A stretch of DNA of 57,837 nucleotides, filler included, from Diploschistes diacapsis (Eukaryota), in the NCBI GenBank assembly GCA_023645945.1. It is 5 parts of 5 records of this genome, joined end to end, with 100 filler letters (N's around TTAATTAATTAA, not from the genome) between each part and the next. Parts side by side here need not be neighbours in the genome. Positions count along the whole stretch, not along the records: positions 46,359 to 57,837 come from JALAIB010000831.1; 4 more parts are not named here. One strand, given 5' to 3'. A program made the translations under genes and the position numbers. The notes under the pieces were generated by a model. That model did not search any database. It saw only the letters and a list, made by a program, of their open reading frames with translations, and was not told the origin of the DNA. This document shows positions 50,201-57,837 of the stretch, piece by piece. How positions within the stretch are numbered: the first letter of the stretch is position 1; every line of letters begins with the position of its first letter.

Positions 50201-53200
50201 AGCGAATTCAAATAGCACGTGTTTGATAAGTTCTTCAGTCCAGCGTACCCACTCGACGAACGGATGGCCCTATTCCGATCAAAATTCCAAGTGGCCTCGT
50301 AGCTGTAGTCCTTGGAGATCTGCGCCAGCCCATGAGACCAAGCGGCTGTTCGCTCCGGCACCGGCGGGACGAGCTGTTTCAGAAGCTTAAGTAGGCCGTG
50401 ATAGCTTGCAGAGTCAGCAACGAGTGAGAAAAGGAAAGAGTATAGCGAGATGCGCGTCTTCGGGTTCAAAACCGGTACGCGCGCCGCCACTCGCTCGGTA
50501 TCATCCCGCAGCTGGGTAATAGGAAAGATGTGACTGGTGAAAAGTCTGTACATCAAGTTCTCTGGGAGGGCAATGGGCGACTTCTTGGCTTTGAGGAGCT
50601 GCAAACACCAGTCCAATAGCGCAGCGAGTCCGTTGACGACAGTATCGACAGAAGGCTGTCCAACAAACTCTTCATGCTTGTGTTTCAAAAGACACTCGGC
50701 CCAATCGTTAAGGTAAGTGGGCAACGGGAGAGCCTGTGCCTCCGTATCGTCAAATTTTCGGAACAACTCAATGGCGATGTGAAAGAACTGTTCGGCTTGA
50801 TTTCTGAACCGAGTCGCGTCGGGTATCATATCCACGATTTTGGCCCAAAAGTAGGAGACGAAATCCTGGGCTTTCATTCGGTGGTCGTCTGGAAGTGTTG
50901 TGCAGATTGCTCTGACTGCGTGGGTCGTTGCATTCCGCACAACAGTCTCGGGGCATTCCAGCCACACATTCCGGAGCACTAAAGCCGACGAGTTTCCTTC
51001 TCTGAAATACTCCCACATGGGCGGGCAGTGCAGACAAGCTTCGAGTGAGGCCGCGAAACAGGTGTGCACCAGACTTATCTTTTCGGGACAGCTCAGGCCA
51101 TTCTGTGCCGCCGATATTAGCTCCCGTAGACGATCGAGGAGGATGACAGGATGCTTAAAGTATGAATCCGATGTTGCTTCCGGAACCGGTTCTTTGAGGA
51201 ATCTAAGCAAGCAATCGACGAGGGCCCCAACCAGCTTCATTTGCATTAAGCCAAGACCACTCTCCAAGTTCAGGTCCAGGCCTGTCAGTCCATCTGCTAT
51301 CTTCTGGACACCGTTTCGTAGCAAATCATCGCATGGAGCTCCCTCTTGTAGTCTTTGGGCCAATGAGCCCTTCAAAGCGTAGATAGAATAGAGCGCCTTA
51401 TAAGGACATTGCATTGGGAAGACGTCGGAAGACTCGCAGCCTGCACTTGAAGCCATTGTGACTGTGCCCTCATGTGGGGGGAACGTGATCAAGAATTCGA
51501 AGACTTCGCAGCCAAAGTCTTGATTCGGGCACAAAAGATCGTAAAGCTCGCTGAAATGAGCCATGACTTGCTTCTCGAGCGGCAGCAGCGAGGAGACGAC
51601 CCCATTTCCCTTGTTTGATTTGGAACCCGGTATTTTCAGGATAAGGACCAATCCTCTGAACAATTCCCTCAGGTCCCGTACAGGAACGTCGGCTTTCGCA
51701 ACTTGGTCGATCCTTTGCCCTGCTGCGATGAGTTGAAATTCCGAAAACCCCGTTTTGTGTGAGAGCTGGGCTGCCAAATCCTTCAAAGGGGTTAAATCTC
51801 CAATCTTTAGTGAATGCATCCCACTCGATTTTCCAGAAACGTGTGGTTGGTACCGAATGGTAACTTCGTCCCCAAGTAGGCTCTGCTGGCTTGGCAGGGA
51901 GTTGGCTACCGATGCCGGGGAGGCAGGATGCTTGCCTCTGACCTGCAAGAGGAAATCCTTCAGAATGGATAGAGAGCGGACGAACCGAAGCTTGACCGCC
52001 CTCAGATCCTTTTCCGACGGAACTATGACCATGGAGTCTTCGTCCGAGCTGGTGCTTCCGCTAGCCAGCCGCTTGAACTGAGAAGCAGCACCTGTCAGGC
52101 ATTGGATACATCGCTCCACTAGCCTGGTCTGCTTTTCGGAAGCGACGTCCCCGGGCAAAAGGCTGAGACCGGCCGTGTTGCGTTCAACGAACATGGCAAT
52201 TGCGCGATGTCCGGTATCTTTGCTGGTTGCGCTCAGTGCGATATGCCAAAATATGTCTCCAGGCAGGGAATCCTCGCCTACGTAAGGCCGGACATTGTTC
52301 TTTGCTAGCTGATCTTCGTACCTTGTGAGCTGGCTGGCAAATTCAAGTACGGCCGGTGTCAAGAACTCAGACTCCAGGCTGGGCAAAAGCTCGGCAATAC
52401 ACTTTTCGAAGAAACCATTACGCTGGGCACGCGACGACTGAGCTGCTCTCGTCAGCATCGCCCATGCTCCGTCTCGGCACTCGTTGTTCAGTGCGTCACC
52501 CCCAACGAGATTCTTCCACAGGACTGTCATCAACTCGGAGCTCAAGGAATTGGGGCAGACGGTAATGAGTTTCTGCAGCAGTTCCAGGCGATGTTGAAGC
52601 AACGGGAAGAAATCCTTTACGTTGGTTGCCAGCAACTTCTCCGTCTCGCGCAGCCGTCCAAAGTCCTGTACGATCAGTGTCGCGAATCTCTCGGGGGAGC
52701 CCGCTTCGTTCACGACATCCTCTGTGCCGGTCCTGGGTTCCCAGACCATGTTTAGCGCGACTACGCTCCCAGTCGAGGCGACGGTACATTCCGATATGTC
52801 GTTGAATATTTGGGCAAGGATTTGCTTCTTGTCTTCAAGGGCCAGACCGCAAAGGCCCAACGTCCGCAAATATGGGACGGCAAACTCGTACACGGCGATC
52901 TTGCTGGTGTTGGAGAGCGACGAAGATGCGGGACATTCGCGGAGAAGACGGATGAGCAGGCTGAATATTAGAGGGTCGAGGGGCTCCGACGGTCCCCATT
53001 TGTGCACACGCAATTCGATCACTGCACCAAGGAACATTGTCATTCGACTGTCGAAAGCCTCGATGGGCAGCTCCATAAGCTTTTCGACAAAGTAAGCAAG
53101 CACTGGTGGTTCCGCAAAGTCCGTGAGCGATTTCAAAACATTGAGAATTGCTTCGGCTGTCCTGGGGTCTTGGCTCGAGAGCATCGAGTTCCATATCATG

Positions 53201-55121
53201 TCCGTCTCTTTCTTGCCGTACTTTTGACTCACGACAAGAAAGCAGACAATGTTCTTGGATTCCGAAAGCAGCCGTGGGTGCGATTCGACACCCACGAGAT
53301 AATCCACGAGCTTTTTCTCCAACAGGAAATGGGCAGCGTAATTAGCAACGGCGCTATCTGTCGGGGCAGCTTGGTTTCTGATATGTGCGTGAAAGATGCC
53401 GACCATGGTCGTCTGCATCTCTTCCACCCCCGTGATCCTCGAATCCATCCTTCCGTTGATAATGCACTTTAGCAAGAGATCGAACTTCCAAGCAAGTTCG
53501 CAGAGAGCGGCACGCTCCGCAGGTGAACGCTGGGCGTAGTCGATGTTGGTCGGAAAATTTTCAAAGTCTTCCGGCAGCATTGCGTCAAGAGTGGCTTCAT
53601 CAACGGCCAGTATTGCCCTCAAGAAGTACGAGAGTGTGGTGATGGATTGTTTGAGAACGTCATGGGTCAAACATGACACCTGTTTCGAGATCATGGATCG
53701 AAGTTTTGTATCACATGTCTTGAACAGTTCCAGCAACTGTGCAGCAAGCCGGCGCCCACGCCGTTCGCCCAGATGACTTCCCGGGCCTGCGTGCGCTGCG
53801 AGCTTCGCAGCGCAACCAAGGAACTTGTCAAGGGTATCCGAATCGAACGGGCTCCGTTCCAAGAGCAGATCAACGCAAGCCGAGAGCGTTTCCACACCCT
53901 TGTTGGTGGGGGACAAGAATTCATGAACGAGACCGGAAGTGATCTCCTGCAGAGACCATTTTCCACGCACGAGGATTCTATAGAGCATGTTTGGACCGCC
54001 CTCCGTCATTAAGTCCCCAAGGTTGCTCACCATGGCACGTGAACCAAGGTCCGGGTCGACTCCGGGATCTTCCAAAGTCTCGATCAAGGTTTGCCGGTCC
54101 ATTTGCAAGAAGCGAGCGCATATGCCGGCGTAGGCAGTCAAGAAGAGGTTGACGGGATTGTCGCTGAAATCCTCATCGCCACGTTTGTCAAAAAAGATGG
54201 GCTGATCGACGCTGTGACTAGAAGTGGCATCAGCATGTGGAAAAGATGGTGCTACGCCGGAGCATCCACTCACGATCGTTTCATCAAACCTCCAGCGAGA
54301 TGATGGAACTCGCTCCAGAACTCGGTTTCGGTGGTGCGTATATCGAACAAATGAGACGGATGCCTGTCGGCGAGGAGCAACCACTGCCTGAGCCATCCGG
54401 CTACAGTCCTCAGATATTCGCCATCCCCTAGCTCACCACGTTGGAAGATGTCGTGCAGTCTCTGGATGCTGACGGCCGTGCTCGAAGTTGCTCGAATGAA
54501 AGGAAAGTTGACCATCAGCCTCTGCAGCTGTTGTTCGTATTTTTCGATCGGCATGCCTGGTTTGTGCCAAACCGTGGGGCCGACGGGACCGCCCATGTCT
54601 TCTGGCTCTGCAACCTCGATCTCTGGACTGCCCACGGGAGATGGAGATGAGGGTGCGGCATCTTGGTTTATTAGCATTGGCTCTCCGTCGGCACTGCCAG
54701 AGTCCGACTTGGCTCCTTGTTGGAAAGTTTGTGGCTCTTTTGACGGCATGTGTTCCAACATGGGTTCCTTCGTCGATGGTTGGTATGGAGAGTGAGGTTC
54801 TCGAACGTTTATCGTCACTTTGCTGGGTGTTCCACCGGGTGTTTGGGTGGAAGCATTTGTGAGCTGCACAATAGGATCGTAGTCTTGTGCTGGGTCGTCC
54901 GAGGATGCAGGCAGTTGGCCGAGCTCGGAGCTGGCAGGGACCGTCGACGATGGCTCGGCGGACATGCTTCGATAAGCTGTTTCTCCACTATCGAGACGTG
55001 GGCGTTTTCGTTTCACAGACGAGTCTGCATCTTCCATAGAATTCCTCGGAGGCGGCGTCGGACCTTCAGAGGCGGCACGAGGAGGGGGAGTGCGCGGTGA
55101 ATTCAGCGATGAAGGTTCCAT
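47265..55121 (-). CDS. Large ubiquitin C-terminal hydrolase, USP34/USP24-like (5 exons)
   Basis: ATG 55121; long helical N-terminus; Cys box GLKNLSNTCYLNSLLMQLF; QMDVDEFYNLLFDRWE; GDNKYKC; KRACLKDIPDNLIFHLKRF; His box LVGVLVHSGNAEAGHYYSYIRER..WVEMND; NAYMLFY. Last exon KLKDMLVAL...SNLD* ends at 47265. Confidence 0.92.
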
Positions 55122-56208
55122 GACATTTCTCCTTCGGGCTCCTGCTCGGATTAGATTAAACACTGAAAGGATGATTCAGTGGTCAAGGTCGGGTGAAAGA
55201 AGGAAGGAGCCATCAAGACAGATACAAGGTTGGGGTTGATTGAAACTGACAGTAGATGAGAAAACTCTGTGCTGGTCTAAACATGGATTGTAGCTGCAGA
55301 ACGAACTTGGCAGCTGCATCTGCAGCGAATTTGAACAATCAACAGTGGGATGTTCAGCCCCCTGGATGGCGGGGTTTAGTTCTGAGAGGGCTCCAAGGTC
55401 AGAGAATAGTCAGGGCGATTAGTGAGAATTGAAAGTGAGAGAGGTATGAGAGGTATGAGAGGGGGTGGAAAGTGAAGGTTGAGCTTCTGTATGCTCCTGA
55501 GTCAGGCAAATGCTGTGTAGAGTGTATAGTGTATAGTGTTATAGTTGTATAATAGGCAGCTACGAACACTAGCTTCTACTCAAGGTACAAAAAAGCTTCA
55601 AAGAGCTGCTCTCAGTGGCCTAACCGCTCTAGGCCTAGTATGTATGGTATGTATATATTATAGATGGATGGCGGGGCTCTTGAGCTTTAAATTACAGATT
55701 ACGTGATTATAAATTACAGCGATACACGTGAATTCGCCCGTGTTCAGGCAGCCATGACATAACTATTGATGTTGAAGCAACTAATCTAAAAACTGGGTAG
55801 GTTAGAGGGGATTGCACCCCCCACACTACTGCTTTTATTTTTTTTCCCCCCCTCTCTTTTTCAGCGGTGACTGCACCCCCACGCCCTGCACCTATAGCCA
55901 ATCAGCAATTCTACTCAAGCACTTTCGGAGTTAAGTTGTTATCCATTTTTGGTGAACTCAATGACACCACTACATTATCTTATCGATAAGAAACACCTAA
56001 ACCCCGTCTCGACGCGTCAATGACGTAAGCCACTAAACGCAAACTTGAACATCCACCAATATCCAAAGATAAAGGTTTTCAGTACATACTGGTGGTTAAG
56101 GTAACTGAAAAACCCCATATGACCAGCAGAACGAGTATGTCTTGAAATTCCATCGAGGGAGCAGGAGTCTCCCTTCCTGTTTCTATCGTCAGAGTTGAGC
56201 GATACAAA

Positions 56209-57144
56209 ATGGCTCCTGCAAACGCTGCATCACAACAAAAATATGCCAGCAAAACCACGTATAGCCTTGCCTCTCCCTTTCCAGATCCATCATGGTGAGT
56301 AAGGGTTGGGGGATTATCATGTAGTAGCTTTGGGCTAAATCCCAAGAAGGCCGGAAGTTGACTCGCGGGACCAGGAGACGATCCGAGAGCTCCTCTGCCA
56401 GTCCGTGTTCCCCCCCCCCAAAACCCTAGATACCGTTTGGTGACCTCCTTAGCCAGACTTATGATGCCCATAGGCGATCATCGTCGCAAGCACTTGGGAC
56501 CTTCGCGTGGGAAACGGGACCGGAAGAGCAAGCGAGCCAAGGCCAAGATAGCGGCCGTGGAGCAATCTGCTGCTTTGCCGGAATCGAAGCCATCTCCACC
56601 GCCGGAGATCCTGGAGGGTATCACTGTAGGTTACAACAGTACCCATCGAGCACTTGAAGCTCTGGTTCAGCCTGTAGGGGGCATAATGCAATCGAATGAA
56701 CGGACTTCCGGCCCAGTGGAAGCCGCAACTATCGAGAGGACGTCTAGAAAGCTTGCGGCCGTCTTCATCGACAGGTCGGCTCAGCCCAAGATCATGTACC
56801 ACCACCTTCCGCTTCTCGTCTCAGCAGCTTCGAGTAGATCCGAAGAGGAAGCGGCCATCCACCTTGTACCGCTGCCCAATGGCTCCGAAGGAAAGCTAGC
56901 GAATGCTCTGAATATTCCACGAGTTGGATTGGTTGGCATCTATGAAGAGGCATACGGTGCGAAACCGCTACTTGCAGCTGTTAGAGAAAGGGTGTCGGTT
57001 GTTGGTCCTTCGTGGCTGCAGATACCTCGAGAAGGGACGTATCTCCCACTGAAGATCGATACAACAACAAGAAAGGTGCCAGTGCTGCCGGCGAAAGCGG
57101 TAAGAAGACAGGAAGCTCAACAAGGTGACGAAGCTGTAGATTGA
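56209..57144 (+). CDS. POP3: RNase P/MRP subunit Pop3 (L7Ae-like), 3 exons
   Basis: ATG 56209 ..KTTYSLASPFPDPSW|PEVDSRDQETIRELLCQ|LMMPIGDHRRKH; PPPEILEGITVGYNSTHRALE; HLPLLV; LVPLPNGSEGKLANALNIPRVGLVGI. Confidence 0.8.
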
Positions 57145-57366
57145 AGCGAAAGGACATAGCTAGACCACAAAGTTGCATGATGAGTTGATACCCATTGGAA
57201 TATGTAAAAGAGCCTAGCTTTCGCCATCAGCATATTATTTTACCACAAATATACCATACAGGAAGGTAATCAGCCTACCAAAGCATCCTCAGTTGTCAAT
57301 GACTTCCATGGAGTAAGCGTGCCACAGCGGCAGCGAGTCCGAAGTGAAGCACGATGCCTGTGACCC

Positions 57367-57837
57367 TCATAGCATAACCCCCTGCAGCGAGAAACTCGAC
57401 AGAATCAAAAACACGGCATTTATCACCGCCCACACGAACGGAATCCACGTCGACATCCTGAAGCCGCCCGCATGGTAAATGGTGCCCAAGCTGCCCTCCC
57501 AAACACTGCCGTCAGCGTCCATGCACGCTAGAACCAGCCCAAGTAACCCAATCAAAGAGGCCAGATGCAGAGAGTACCAGAGAACAGCGAACGGGGGAAG
57601 AGAGGAGAACAAGGGCAAAAGTAAAATAGAAAGAGTTCACGCACATGGCCCCCACCACGCTGCCCGCAACAACGGCCTCGATCCCCGCGACAAGCACATA
57701 GATCGCCGCCGCCCCAGCCTTGGCCTTCCAATCCGCCGTCCAGTCCCGTCCTCTCGGGGTCCTCGCCGCGCCCTCAACGCCCGCCGGAGACGGCCTCCGC
57801 TTCGGCCACTCTCCGTCTCCGTCTCCCAGCCCGTGTC
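57367..57837 (-). CDS. 3' part of a conserved fungal integral membrane protein (probably TMEM170-like)
   Basis: AIYVLVAGIEAVVAGSVVGAI, then an intron (GTGCGT..GCTGAC..CAG), then LGTIYHAGGFRMSTWIPFVWAVINAVFLILSSFSLQGVML*. 5' end outside the window. Confidence 0.6.

Noticed and set aside
41564..55121. Two convergent deubiquitinase genes looking like a USP cluster
   Set aside because: They are on different contigs separated by the artificial spacer at 46259-46358.

Overview
Filamentous-ascomycete (Pezizomycotina) genomic DNA with spliceosomal introns. It is not one locus: five contigs of decreasing length (11491, 11490, 11489, 11488, 11479 bp) are joined by 100-bp N spacers carrying a TTAATTAATTAA six-frame-stop linker, so genes across spacers are unlinked. 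Contig 1: carotenoid (torulene-type) cleavage oxygenase, stand-alone SRA/YDG protein, secreted K/D/E-rich protein, RTA1, partial heme/steroid-binding protein. Contig 2: partial FAH-family gene, an unusual reducing PKS (KS-AT-inactive DH-KR-ACP), SDH6, class-3 lipase, BTB protein. Contig 3 holds the best find, absent from the ORF track: a two-exon 115-aa secreted Kex2-processed repeat precursor (seven acidic-[V/A]TPD[Y/D] units, six ending TPDY before KR/RR/R). It sits head-to-head with a membrane-anchored UstQ/PhomQ-like tyrosinase, suggesting a fungal RiPP system with no DUF3328 gene visible. Contig 3 also has a Clr5-ankyrin gene and a RING-H2 gene preceded by a 44-bp minisatellite. Contig 4: GH76 (Dcw1/Dfg5), GPI cell-wall protein, UBP12. 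Contig 5: USP34/USP24-like deubiquitinase, POP3, partial TMEM170-like gene. All family calls rest on motif recognition by eye; no database searches were run.
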